A DNA stretch of 64,000 nt. Origin: Botryllus schlosseri (taxonomy: Eukaryota). Below the pieces are notes generated by a model. The model was not told the origin of the DNA, searched no databases, and saw only the letters and a list, made by a program, of their open reading frames with translations. The position numbers and the translations under genes were made by a program. The stretch lies in the NCBI GenBank assembly GCA_051294905.1, contig CM119372.1:36210001-36274000 (forward strand), given 5' to 3'. Positions 38,515 to 51,061 of this stretch are shown here, in pieces (the first letter of the stretch is position 1; each line of letters starts with the position of its first letter).

Positions 38515-40973
38515 TAGAGCCCGACCGATATTGGATTTCTGAGCCGATACCGATAAGACCGATATCCAGTACCTCCACCGATAACCCCGATATATTCAGC
38601 CGATATTCAAAATATATGGAATCTAGCTCAAGGCCCATATTTAACACCTCAAGAGCATTTCTTTCAACAACTTTACAGCCATTGATATGCTTGAACATGA
38701 AATAAATGATCAAGGAACTATCAAAATGTATCAAAAGCACCAATCCAGCAATTGCAGATTACAGTTCACGAAGCACAATTTCTCGGCCCTTTCTCCAAGG
38801 AGTGAACTTCTGTGGTCTTCCATAGATGATGTGTATAGTACTAAACACAGTGAGCAGTCTTTCACTAGGTAGCATAGTTAGTGGCACAGCAGGAAATCTT
38901 TCTTCATTTCGGTTCCACCGCTCCCTTGCAGGGGATCTTTCCTTCAATGGTTTAACCAAATATTGATATTGATATTCTTCTGACCCTGATTGGAATCTCC
39001 GTCCGTTTTCCGAAATAAATCCTGCGAGACACGATGAATTTCCGCATGACAAAGCCAGCTTTTCTACGTGACAATCTTGGGTGACAACTTGGTCCCACAA
39101 AACGTCAAGCAAAACTCACTGATCTGAAACAGATATCGTCGGCGGGAACGACTCCGAACATCGTAGGCTCGCCTCCCGTCGATCAGAGCGTGTCTCGCTC
39201 GTCCCCACTTGCAGACGAGACTCGCTCTGTGGCGGCTGAACCAGCGGTTGAACGTTCCGATGTTGCCGGAGCTGTTGATCGCTGTGAAAGCCCGACGAGA
39301 TTGCCTGCTTCGGCGAATAACGTGACGAAGTAACCTCAGTGTCACAAGGTCGTGTGCCCACGGACCGTTGGAATCATGTTTAGCTTTTTACAGACCACAG
39401 TTGACTGTCATTTATTCGCTACCCTGGTCTGGTTACTGATCTGTCTTCTAAAATTACTTGTCGTGTCTGGTGCGCAATCGCCAGTCATCAATCGCGCAAT
39501 AGCTAGCGCCCCCTTCAACACCACTCTTAACTCGGTGGCCGACGTGGACGCAGATCTAGTGCATTTATTAGCAAAAATCGTTATAATGCTGCAAAGTAAG
39601 TGATTATTGACATACGGGACCGCCGCTGTGCAATCCATCGCGGCCTACGTCGTATTGCATATCGGTAACTCCTTTGATATCGGAGTCTGGTACATGTATA
39701 TATCAATATGTATTATTGTGGCCGACAGGTTTGTCGAACGAATGGACACTTTCATACAGTAATAAACTTGGACGTAATCGACTATGTATACATAACTAAC
39801 CTCCGTAGGTTATTTATCAATAAATCGACTCGAAGTACTCGCCCGTAAGCCCTCTAGTGTCTCCTTCCGAGAAGTAATATATCTGAAATGTATGCTTTTG
39901 AGGTCGTGCAGGTATGCATATTAGCTAGCGTCATCGAGGGAACACATTACAGACAGTTCTCAAAATACGAGCTTGTGCAGTGTGCACCTACAACCAAATG
40001 TTGTTGTGGTGTGGAAATTGAGCTTAGAAGAAGGTAGGCGTGCCGCAACCATTCTGTTGGTGTTGGGTCGAGATTCTCGCGTGACGGCGTGCAATTGGTT
40101 GGGTCGAGATTTTCGCGTGACCGCGTGCAATTGTCGACGATGTCCGCGTGATTTCGCGTGCCACGGACACCGATTCCATACCGGCTTCTGACAATGCACC
40201 TGGAGCCTTCAGCACATCATTAACAAATAGCTGAAGAATGTGCAGAACAACTCAAATTGTCCACGTCTGCAACTGCTCCACCCATCCCCCATGGGCCTTG
40301 ACCAGCATTTCAACAATCAATTGATCAATATTTTACACTCTTTTGTCAGAATTGGCCAATGTCATCATGGAATCAAAAATTTTTGTATCAATTATTGGCT
40401 TCACTCCACGTTTGCTTGATTTTCTTGCCCTCTATGCTCGCATATTTCCTATCATGGTGGCCCCGCAGGCCGCAGGCCTCAGTCAGACGACTTCATACAT
40501 TACTGGTATAATTAGCTCTGTTGGTACCGAACCGGGAAATGTTTCGACGCGACGCTTTTCTCTATCATTATGAGGGTCAGTCCAGCATGATTGAAGTTCT
40601 CATTTCTCTTACTGATTGAAATCTTCTGCAGACAACTATCCATCCAGCTGCTCTCTGTCTTTGGTGATCGATTACTGCAGGGGGATTCCCACGAAGTCAG
40701 TGGGGCATAACGGTGGTTAGTTATCGATAATATTTTTCAGATAGACACGCCTACTACCCTGTATGCACTATGCACTATATGCAGCTTGGCCATTTATTTT
40801 TATAATTGACCGTTCTCACGTCTTTTATCGACTTCTCTTGACTCTCTTCCACCATGTTGTGACGTCACGAAATGGCCGATATTTTTTTACCTTCAATGGC
40901 CGATACCGATATTTCTCTCCAAGCGTGATATCGACTCGATATTATCGGCGAGCCGATAATCGGTCGGGCTCTA
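38515..40973 (-). mobile_element. Decayed hAT (Ac-type) transposon with transposase remnants
   Basis: Ends TAGAGCCCGACCGAT...ATCGGTCGGGCTCTA, CCGATA subterminal repeats, exact TSD GTCAATAG. Minus strand has hATC-like WNRNEERFP...LPSERL...AEKLCFVNCNL (about 38750-38990) and HILQLFVNDVL (about 40210-40245). Confidence 0.85.
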
Positions 40974-41222
40974 GTCAATAGTAATCGACCCACCGGCGGT
41001 TCCCCACTGTATTTACAGATCTTGCTGGTTGCTCTACTATCTTGTTCCTTGTACTACTGTATTGTATTGTCGTTTGGAGATAAAGAAAATCAATCAATTT
41101 TGCCGTGTCACGATATACTGATACTACTTAAGGGTCGCGTATACTTACATCGCGAAGCTTATAGGACTTTGCGGCGCTGTCAGTTAAAGGGAAGACAGTT
41201 CTGCATCTAGGATCGTATAGGG

Positions 41223-42414
41223 CAGTGGTCGAGAACCTTTTTTGTCCGAAGAGCCATATTGGCCTTATTTATTCCAGTTTACCTCCCAAAGAGCCATACA
41301 TGTCAATCAGCTGCTACGTCACAATTGAAAAGTCCTGACGTCATGGTAGCACTAATTCGAACTCGACTATACGGAATTCGTTGTGTGCGCCACATTTTCT
41401 CTGTAAAAACTCCAACTAATCATGCTGGTTGGCTTACTTGAGCATGCGAAACTTGAGTTACAAGAACGTAGGTTCGCTGTGATGTCCTTTTAAATGTGAG
41501 CACACATATGATCACATGCGTAGGTGGAGCCAAACATGGTCATTGGTCACTGCAGTAATCTATATAGGCCTGGCCTACGCACTATAAGCTGTTAAAGAAA
41601 ATTTTGAAACCTTCAAATATTATTGGTATTTTGTTTTAATGATCATGAATTTTGAAAATTTTTCTCCCAAATTCACACAATTTGCATTTTATTGTTCGCA
41701 AATAAAGTGCGAAACGGAAGGTAAGACACGTACGGGCCAAGCCTCGCCATTGATAACACAATTTATCGTAAATAGCTTAGAATTTATTATAACTGATATT
41801 AATCTAATGTCACTGTCGCATTGATTCTGAAGATCTAAATACTGACCGACTTCTCAATCCTCAAAGTATTCGGCAGTAACATATAACGTTGCTACACGCT
41901 ACACGCCTACACGCCTATTTTATCGCCGGTAGAGCTACTTGCCAATCAAGGACGTGGATAGCTATGGCGTTGTTTGTAATTCGAGTTGGTAATTGTAAAT
42001 GTCACGTTCACGGCAGTTCATTTCGCGCCGTGGATCAGGAAGACAATGTGTATTTGAAAACTGTGTCGTCATGTCTGCTATTCTCTTTGATCAATCAACG
42101 TATCGCGCAATCCAAGATTTCGTGTCTGGTTGGCTATATTGCGAGTGATATTGGTCGCCGACAAGACAGTAACTTAAATTTGAGGATTTTCAAATGAGTT
42201 CGAGCCCCTAACCCTGAAGGCGGCATTGCCTTTACCTCTCAAAGACATGTCTACACTGCCACGGCAATAATTATTCTGGTCGTGATGAAAATTTTTCTAA
42301 CAAGTCGCTGCAATATTGATCAATTCGGTAGAAAAATAAATATTTGGCAAAGAGCCGTATCTTATACCCAAAAGAGCCATATATGGCTCGCGAGCCATAG
42401 GTTTCCGACCACTG
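41223..42414. mobile_element. hAT MITE family C
   Basis: Ends CAGTGGTCGAGAACCT...GGTTTCCGACCACTG with exact TSD GTATAGGG. Homologous to 60062-61340. Confidence 0.92.
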
Positions 42415-43213
42415 GTATAGGGCATAGGCAGTTCAACGACCTCAACAGGGCTTAAAATTTTAATGCTCGAAAATATCGCCTCTCACTACTTGACTCGAGT
42501 TAGAGTTATTATTCGATTCGTATTTGAGCATTCGTATCGTTGCGCCCAGCTCTATACTAATCACTAACAATGAACAGGCATAACTCGGCTATGTTGCCTG
42601 TAGTTCAATATAAAATAAACGTCGCAGATACAGTTCGAACCATGGCGAAGCCCTTTTCTTTTTGGAAGGCAATCGAAGATAATTTTGGTATCTATACTTT
42701 TGCATACTTACTCGAGTAGTTATGATTCAGACTGCTTTTGCTTAACTATTCTCGACCCAAAAGTACGTACTTTTACACTTTGACTTTTGGACGGGCGTAT
42801 GCATCACCTTCGCGAGAGAAATTTTAATAACGAGAGGGCGGAATAACCCTGCGCCACGGTAACAGTAAGTCCGGTAAGGTAAGTAATGTTACACTCGCAG
42901 TTTTCAATAAGAAACACAGAAATGTAGTTATTAGCAATGACGAAAATACCAATGCTAAACCGTTGCATGTAATGTACAGTGCTCAATGAACATAATGCAA
43001 ATATTTCTGGCGTCATTGCAGTGTAACTACTGACTCAAAAGGCCTACTGACTCAAAGGCTCCCGACCTCACAAACCCTTTGGTCCATTGTATTCATCAAA
43101 TGTGCACTTCTCAAGTATGTTCGTTGCCGTAACAAAATTTCTTTGTATAGTGGTTAATTGGTTCAGTGCGGTTGATTATTTTGACGATGACCCAGAATCG
43201 CATACGTGGAAAC

Positions 43214-44212
43214 TAGGGATGGTGTGAACCTCTGAAAGGTTCAGGTTCGTGTGAACGCGAACCTTTTTGAAAGGTTCTGTGTGAACACGAACGTGAACCT
43301 CGTGACGTCACGTGACGTCATATTGCTAATTCCAACCCTATCTTCCAATAAAGTGATAGCCTATATTAATGTACACGATACCTAGCGAAGACTCGGTCCA
43401 CATAATGCCACAATGCTGAAGTACATATCGGCGTTTTAAACGTCGCTAAATGTATCAACAGCGGTAATCAAAGGATATAATAATTGTGTAAAATCAATAC
43501 ATTCCGTCGCTTTGCCAACAATTTCGACGGGGACTTACCAAGGAATATAAGCTTACGCCTTAACGGTCTTAGCCAGACCGGACAATGTGTTCGGAGTCTG
43601 AGTATTGCTACATTGATATTTAGCAGAGTGTACAACGGGTTTCAATACTCGCTACCGATACCACAAACAACAACAAGTTATGCAGCAGTAGCAAGCACCT
43701 TAATCGCATGGATCTGGTTTTAATGATACAGTAAAGATATGAAGTCAAGATTGAACCCGTACGCCCGTTCGATTTTTTACATCAGAAGATGATATCAATG
43801 TCATTGATTGGTTGAATAAGCATCATTCGCCGACTACGTATATCGCTCGTGATGTTGTGTGATTGCGGGTCAAGCTCACAGCAGAGAGTCACTAAATATT
43901 CACAAACGGAAAGCTGGTTATTCCGAGAAAATTTTTGCAACAAAGCAACTAAAACTTTTAAGGTTGTCGAGGTGCATGGTGCATGCTCGTCAAGCGTTGA
44001 TTTTTTTATGCTGCCAGCACCATGCATGGAGTGGCCCGCAGTTGAAATGCAATAAATTTGAGCCAAAGATCTTAAACTGGAGTAAAAATTACAATTTACC
44101 AAAAGGTTCACAGTGCAGAACCTACCAAGGTTCTGTTGTGAACACGAACCTCTAAATTTCCGAGGTTCACACACAGAACGCGAACGTGAACCTCACGTTC
44201 ACACCATCCCTA
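43214..44212. mobile_element. hAT MITE with GTGAAC subterminal repeats
   Basis: Ends TAGGGATGGTGTGAAC...GTTCACACCATCCCTA with exact TSD GTGGAAAC. Confidence 0.92.
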
Positions 44213-44859
44213 GTGGAAACCCGTACGTTGATTTATGGTGGCCAAATTCTAACAAAATCGATCGTTCGTCAATAAAGTTATTTCTAGAATAGAGTTCCTG
44301 TGATCTGTAATATTTTATAATATGTATGGCCTTTATAATGAAATATTCCTTTGATGTGGGTTCGAACCCCAGTTCTGCCTAACTTCTATTTGCTGGAGGT
44401 TTATCAGGGCTCCACGTCGCCAACCTCACTTCTATTTTAATGTATGAAAAGCCGAGAGTGGAAGTGAGCCGAGTCAAAAATCGGCAGTAGAGACGAAGAT
44501 ACGGGCGCATCGAAAAACGAGGGAGACCGATGATGATAGAGTGCGAGCGTGAAATGTCACCCGGAAGATGACGAAAAGCAACGACAATGAATATTACGCA
44601 TCTTTCTGTAGCGGCGCACATGCCGTTAATGGACGAAAAGCGCCACTGCTGTGTCAATACGACGAACAAACAATCAGTAACATTTTCGCATGACTTGACT
44701 GGTCGCGAGCAATTCAATCATTTGAATCCAGCTGGCAACCCAAATTGAACTTGGTATGTGTTATATATGTTATCATCAATAATATTGTGTTGTCAAGACG
44801 ATATATCTTGCAATTTAGAAAGAGTTCCACCTCTAATTTACCATAGCATTCGTTATTAT

Positions 44860-45448
44860 TAGGGCAAGTTTTTGCTACTTTTCCAACTTTTTTTACAGCT
44901 TCCGGCAGCTTCAAAATACTCAGAAGTTATGTAGTATGGTGTTTGAAGCTGTTTGGAGGATTCTTATATTGCAACATTTTACAACTTTTCTCCATATTTT
45001 TCTGCAACTTTATGTAACATTCCATATTTTTCATGCAATTTTTTTTTAAATTTTTTCTCTGTATTTCATGCAACTAACTATGTACTGGAAATATTTGGCA
45101 CTATATGTAAATAGATCGCTTGATCTATTTGATCACTGTCGTTTTAATTTGAGGTCCTTTCTGATTTGACGTGCATTCAGGTGAGACCGCCAAAAATTAT
45201 ATATTCACTGGGTCAAATTTTTCAGGCTATTGATTTTGTTGAAGCCGCAAACACTCAGTTTTATTATACAGTGCCGTGGGCACTGATCGATTTTAGTGTC
45301 CCATGCCCTAATAATTTCAAGGAACTTGCCCATAACTGCAACTATTTAGTGCAAATTTTCGGAAAATTAAATGCAACTTTTTACTGCAACTTTTGTGAAA
45401 AATACATGCAACTTTCCACGGATTTGACCGCCACAAAATCTTGCCCTA
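44860..45448. mobile_element. hAT MITE with GCAACTTT repeats
   Basis: Ends TAGGGCAAG...CTTGCCCTA with exact TSD GTTATTAT. Confidence 0.88.
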
Positions 45449-45579
45449 GTTATTATAGCATTCGTTAATCGCGAATAGGGATCTTATTCTGATTATGACA
45501 TCATACCAGTATGGAATATGTGGAAAGTTCAAACATTCACTTTTATGCCTTCATGAAGAATATGATGACAGGTGTATAT

Positions 45580-46795
45580 TAGGGTGGTCCTTAAAAAACG
45601 AATTTTGGAAAGTTGTTGGTCTGACCCTGCCAAAATGTTCCTTTTGGTTAAAAAAAAAACACTGTGTAAAATTTTATTGATGTTTATTGATGTTTAGAGG
45701 AGGCTCAATGGATCCAAAATTTTACCTATATCAGCTATGGCGCATATATAGTAAATTCGTAGTTGCTATTGGGTCAACGCTGGAAAGCCTGGATTACCTC
45801 GTCTGGTTAATAGCTGATCATAGTGATCATTGGTGGGGGTATCATGATGTCCAATATCATTTTATATTGCCAAGTAAGCTCTGTTTGAGGGTGCTGGGGC
45901 ACATTTTGAGGAGGTCAGCAACAACCCCAAATGCCAACTGCAGTTGCTCCTCGTTTTTTTGTGAGATGGACATAATCATCCTCAATCATTGCGTTGAAAG
46001 TTCTGTGTGGTCGTTGGGGACAAACAATGTGAGTGTGAGTGTGAGTGCGAATATTGTCGACATATCTAAAGCGACAGTGAGGAGGATTGTATGGAAACTG
46101 GGGTTTCCGTCTGCGGGGTTGATTGGTCTGGCGATGTTTGATGACGATTTGCACTGCACAAGGGCACCGACCATAACACAGTTGTTGCCATAAATAAGAC
46201 TATTAACTTCAAACACGTTCCAAAGAAGATTTTAATCGACGAAGAATACAACACTTATTTTGAGAAAACCTGCGACTTTCCAATGGTGCCTTCAATATCT
46301 GTCAGTTAAGCGGAAGGGGCAGCCTGGTTTCATTGCTGAAAAAGCTTCACACTCACATTGTTTGTCTCCGACGACCACACAGAACGTTCCACGCAGTGAT
46401 TGAGCATGTTTAAGACCATCTCACAAAAAAAACGAGGAGCAACTGCAGTTTGCATTCGGGGTTGTTGCTGACCTCCACAAAATGTGCTCCAACACCCTCA
46501 AACAGAGCTTACTTGGCAATATGAAATGATACTGGCCATCATGGTACCCTCACCAATGATCAGCTATTAACCAGACGAGGTAATCCAGGCTTTCCAGCGT
46601 TGACCCAATAGCAACTATGAATTTACTATATATGCTCCATGGCTGATATAGGTAAAATTTCGGATCCATTGAGCCACCTCTAAACATTAAGGAATATCAA
46701 TAAAATTTTACACAGTGTGTTTTTTAACCAAATGGAACATTTTGGCAGGGTCAGACCAACAACTTTCCAAAATTCGTTTTTTAAGGACCACCCTA
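45580..46795. mobile_element. Foldback-type hAT MITE with roughly 450-bp inverted arms
   Basis: Starts TAGGGTGGTCCTTAAAAAACGAATTTTGG. About 45580-46050 mirrors about 46340-46795. Exact TSD GTGTATAT. Confidence 0.92.
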
Positions 46796-47539
46796 GTGTA
46801 TATCACAATAAACATAATTTAGTATCATTTCGACCGTGTCTATGACAATCACGACATCACATATATGCCATTTTCAATATAGTTCTTAGCTTTGTCCTAC
46901 ATGTTTGGTACGCAGCGACTCGACCAATCGAGATTTCAAGGCGTCCGCAATGGAATATCTATAATGTTTGTTAATAAATTAGCTCTTAAGTGGCAAGGAG
47001 CGTGTAAATTCAGTTCTCGACAGAATCATATCTCATTACTCGACTCGTCGCGGGTCGTATGTTTCACGTACCTTTTATATACGCTCGCATCTCTCGCGAT
47101 ACGCAGGTGTGACCTGTGCAGTCATTCAATGATTGTGCGTTTTATTGAGATGACATTGTTATATCATCAATTAATTGACCGTAAACGAAGTGATTAGATC
47201 TTACGGTTTTTGTCGTAAACGAGTAGTTACGTAAACTAAATGTGTCTCTATTCTATAGACTGCTCAGTGCTCACCTTAAGCGACCCTCTTGCATGATTTA
47301 AATCCAACTAATGTAGTTTATTTGTGCACCTATATTACTCGTCAAGAATTGCAGCAGGCAACAATCGCAAATCAAGGATGTGTAGAAGTAGATAGTTCAT
47401 TGCATCATATCAAGTTATTTCAACTTTCTGAGGTTTCGTTTTACATCCTCTATTTTGGCTGCTAATTATAGACTGAGTTTGTACAATACAGTTACTTACG
47501 TTAAGCATTTCTATGCACACTAGGACTCTTCAAAAATGA

Positions 47540-47838
47540 TTTTTTTTTTAAATCGCACTGGAGTGTTTGTGATATTCACGGTGTTCGTCGACTACTATGG
47601 TCATTTACACCTGGCCGATATTATTCATTCTAGTTCCGTAACTACCGACTTGTAGCATGGCCCACTTCCAGGCTTTTTGTAAGACACTGCTTGCGCGGAT
47701 GAGATGGCAAGGAGGAGCCTAGTTAAACCTCCAACATCTAGGTATGAATTCTGGAGTCGACCTCGGTCGGACTCGGACTCGAACCTGCAACCCATCGGTG
47801 TTGCAGCTGTGGATTTTACCACTACGCTATCTCGCCAC
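47540..47838 (-). mobile_element. tRNA-derived SINE
   Basis: The reverse strand reads GTGGCGAGATAGCGTAGTGG...GGTTCGAGTCC. Same body as the 4955 and 49082 copies. Confidence 0.82.
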
Positions 47839-48705
47839 AGGAGCGTGTGTGGGTGAAATGCTAACTTAGTAATTACAAATGTCGCCGTAATCGAATTGTT
47901 TTTCCTGCGTAAATTAGAAGACGCATACCGCGACAAGCTTGCGCAACGCAGTACAACAGTCTGAGTTCATTTCCCCCAAAATCTTGATGCGTTTTATGGA
48001 GCTTTGAGCTTGATCCGATTTATTTGTTATTTTGCTTTTACGCTTGGATTCACCCCTGTTATTTATATCAGCAATTTTACCCGGCTTCACGCATACCACC
48101 TTTGAATTGTACAGCATACAATGCAGCCAGCCTTTTACAAACTACTCATTTAGTTAGTGAACGAAAAACCAACGTTTTTTGTAAGTTCTAGTTCAAGTTC
48201 TAGTTGCGGATTTTGATGAATGATAATTTCTAGCTCAAGTTGCAGATTTTGAAAATTCATTAGTTCTAGTTCTAGTTGCGCGTTTTGAAAATCCAGTAGT
48301 TAGGACAAATCCAAATGCAGCCAATGCATACTATATCAATACCTTTTTTGCGCAGCTTTTCGCGTATAGTAATTTAAGTCGCATCAACCAGCGGTGCGTC
48401 CGATGAATGATTCTTTTAGTTGTGTAAGCTATCCTATTAAGGGTGGTATGTTTAACGTCGATTGGCGGTTTACATTTCTATTAACATCGATGAAAACTGA
48501 GATTTTCTATATTTGTCATGTTGTAGTCTTAATATATGGCTGATTACACTGGTCAACACATGTTTATAGGCAGACAAAGTAAGCGTGGTTTTGGGGGCTC
48601 TGAAATTCCGAATATGACCTTGTTTTTCAAATTGGCTCTGGTTTTGGAGACAGCCGGTGGGGCTATTTTGACTAAAATCATATATCTTCGCGATATGTGC
48701 TAGAT

Positions 48706-49542
48706 CAGGGGCGGGCAACTTCTCCGGTCGGCGGGCCGGATATGGGACAATGAAGTACTTTGCGGGCCGGATTGCAGCTTACACTAATCGCGTATTTATC
48801 CACCTATACAAGAAATAAATCATATTTAATGTAATGTAATGTAAAAGTTTAAAGCGTATAAAGACCAAAAACTATATTTAATGAATTTATTAACAATAGC
48901 TGTTGAAGTCAATCAGACATCTGTGATCGGTCAAAATTGTCAACAAGTTCTTTGAACTCTGGCTGTATGTCGTATGTAGAAACCTTTAGTAAAGACTGCA
49001 CGTGAACATCAGTTATATTGGAACACAGCATAGGCTCGTTAATGATCATGGTCGAAAATATATATACACCCGAACAAAGAAGTGGCGAGGTGGCTAGTGG
49101 TATGATCCACCGCTTCAACACCATGGGTTGCTGTGGGTTCGAATCCGACCAAGGTCGACTTCAGAATTTCTTTTTAAGTGTTGAAGGTTTATCTAGGCTC
49201 CTTCTCGCCATGTAATCCGCGTAAGCGGTTGTCTTATAAAAAGACTAGAAGTGGGCCGTGCTACAAGTCGGTGAATACGGAATCAAAAATAAAGAATATC
49301 CATCTGGTGGTAAATGACCGATGTAGTTGAAACACCATGAATATAAAAAAAAAAACCAACAGAGCAAGTAGTTTCATGTCCATCTTTCTCAGGTGACAAA
49401 CTTGGATTCATTCTGTGACGCATAAAATTTGTCAATACCTTCAGAATAGAATTTTACTTTCATGGTAGAAACTCTGTGCGGGCCGGTCAAAATCCCTTCG
49501 CGGGCCGGATTCGGCCCGCGGGCCGTCTGTTGCCCGTCCCTG
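48706..49542. mobile_element. hAT (Charlie-type) MITE containing a SINE
   Basis: Ends CAGGGGCGGGCAAC...GTTGCCCGTCCCTG, GCGGGCCG repeats, TSD TGCTAGAT/TGTCAGAT. Confidence 0.85.
49082..49355 (+). mobile_element. tRNA-derived SINE
   Basis: GTGGCGAGGTGGCTAGTGG...GGTTCGAATCC head and a poly-A tail at about 49345-49355. Confidence 0.82.
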
Positions 49543-50155
49543 TGTCAGATCAAAAACGGCTCAGTCGTATTATAATGCTCTGAAATCCAATCTAATTTTT
49601 TTACACATTGAAGATTGTTTTAAATCAGAACACAGTAACAATATTATATTGTGGGTCTTAGATTTTAATAGTTGGAGACTTTCACGGATGTCATGTACAT
49701 AAATAGACTCTCATCATATATTGAAGTATCAACCTAAATACTCCAATAACAATACATTAATTCAATCAGTTTTATGTCAAACACCTATTGTAATTTCTAA
49801 ATAATCAATCAAAATATAATATTACCAAGTTATCTTAAAACAAAATTGTTTCTTTTGCGATTTTATCCTGTAAGCATTTTGGTGCAGTCACTCGAAAGAT
49901 TCCATCAATCGTCTGTCATAATATGTTCATCTCATCTACTGTGACATCTTTTTGTTGTTGTTTTGATGTCTTGGTGGAACCTTTCCCCTTGCTCGCCAAG
50001 ATGATCACGAAATATATCAAGATGACTGAACAGAAATTGAACAACTAATGCTCAGGTTTGCTCGTAGTTTTCGATGTGCTGGTATTTGCAGACACAGTGT
50101 TTGTAGTTGGGTGCTTTGTGATCTTCCATAAAGTTGCATTTTTGACATCCTAGAA

Positions 50156-51061
50156 CAAGGGTGTCAAACGTACGGCCCGCCAGACGATTTCATCTGATCC
50201 GCGAGGCCATTCTGGGTAAATTGAAAAATTATCACATTATGCAGCACATGTCTAGCAGAAGTTGAGATTTTTAGTGCTAAATAGCCAACTTCGACGTAAA
50301 TAATCTCTTAAGACACCAGATGTTGAACATGTTCATAGGCCATATTATGACCACATGCAAGCAGTGCTGAGTCTCACTCAAATATCCACCGCGAAAAAGT
50401 CGGCGATATCGACACTATCCTGAGAGGTCAAAAAAGCTGCACTCTCATTTCAAGTTTGTTTGGAAAATAAACCAAATGATAGTTATTCACAAAGGCGGAA
50501 ACTACAATCTGAAACCAGTGTATGTAAAATACATGCTGGAGAATATAACTCAAATATCTTTGGTCGCACTGCTGTTTACCTTACTAATGACATAGAAGGC
50601 CCCAGCCCAGGTCTCCAGATAAACTTGAATGGTGATTTGGTGATATAAAAATATCGAACAAAACTTCAACGCCCCCGTTAACAATCTCTTGTATTCATCA
50701 GAACAAACACGCAGGCCCAACGAAGCATAACGATTAAAACAAGGGGGGGGGGCATAGAAAATATTCCAACTGATATCGTTGTTAGACCCACTATTATAGT
50801 GGTAATAACTGTATTAAGTCGGCCATCACCGTATTTTTGTCAACTCCATCGTTTGAGAACAACGGCGTTATTCGAATGGAGCTCTCATTATCCGTGATAA
50901 ATGTATAATAGTGTTTTGTACGGTGATAATACAGCATCCCAGTGAAAAAACAGAGGTATGGATTTAGTGCTAAAATGTGGGAATCATAGGACTTCTCCGG
51001 CCCGCGAGTAATCAAAACTTTTGAATCCGTCCCGCGACCCAAGCTGAGTTTGACAACCCTG
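50156..51061. mobile_element. hAT MITE family A
   Basis: Ends CAAGGGTGTCAAAC...GTTTGACAACCCTG with TSD TCCTAGAA/TCCTAGGA. Confidence 0.87.

Noticed and set aside
45687..46193. 168-aa ORF
   Set aside because: It lies in the arm of a non-coding foldback MITE and has no recognisable domain.
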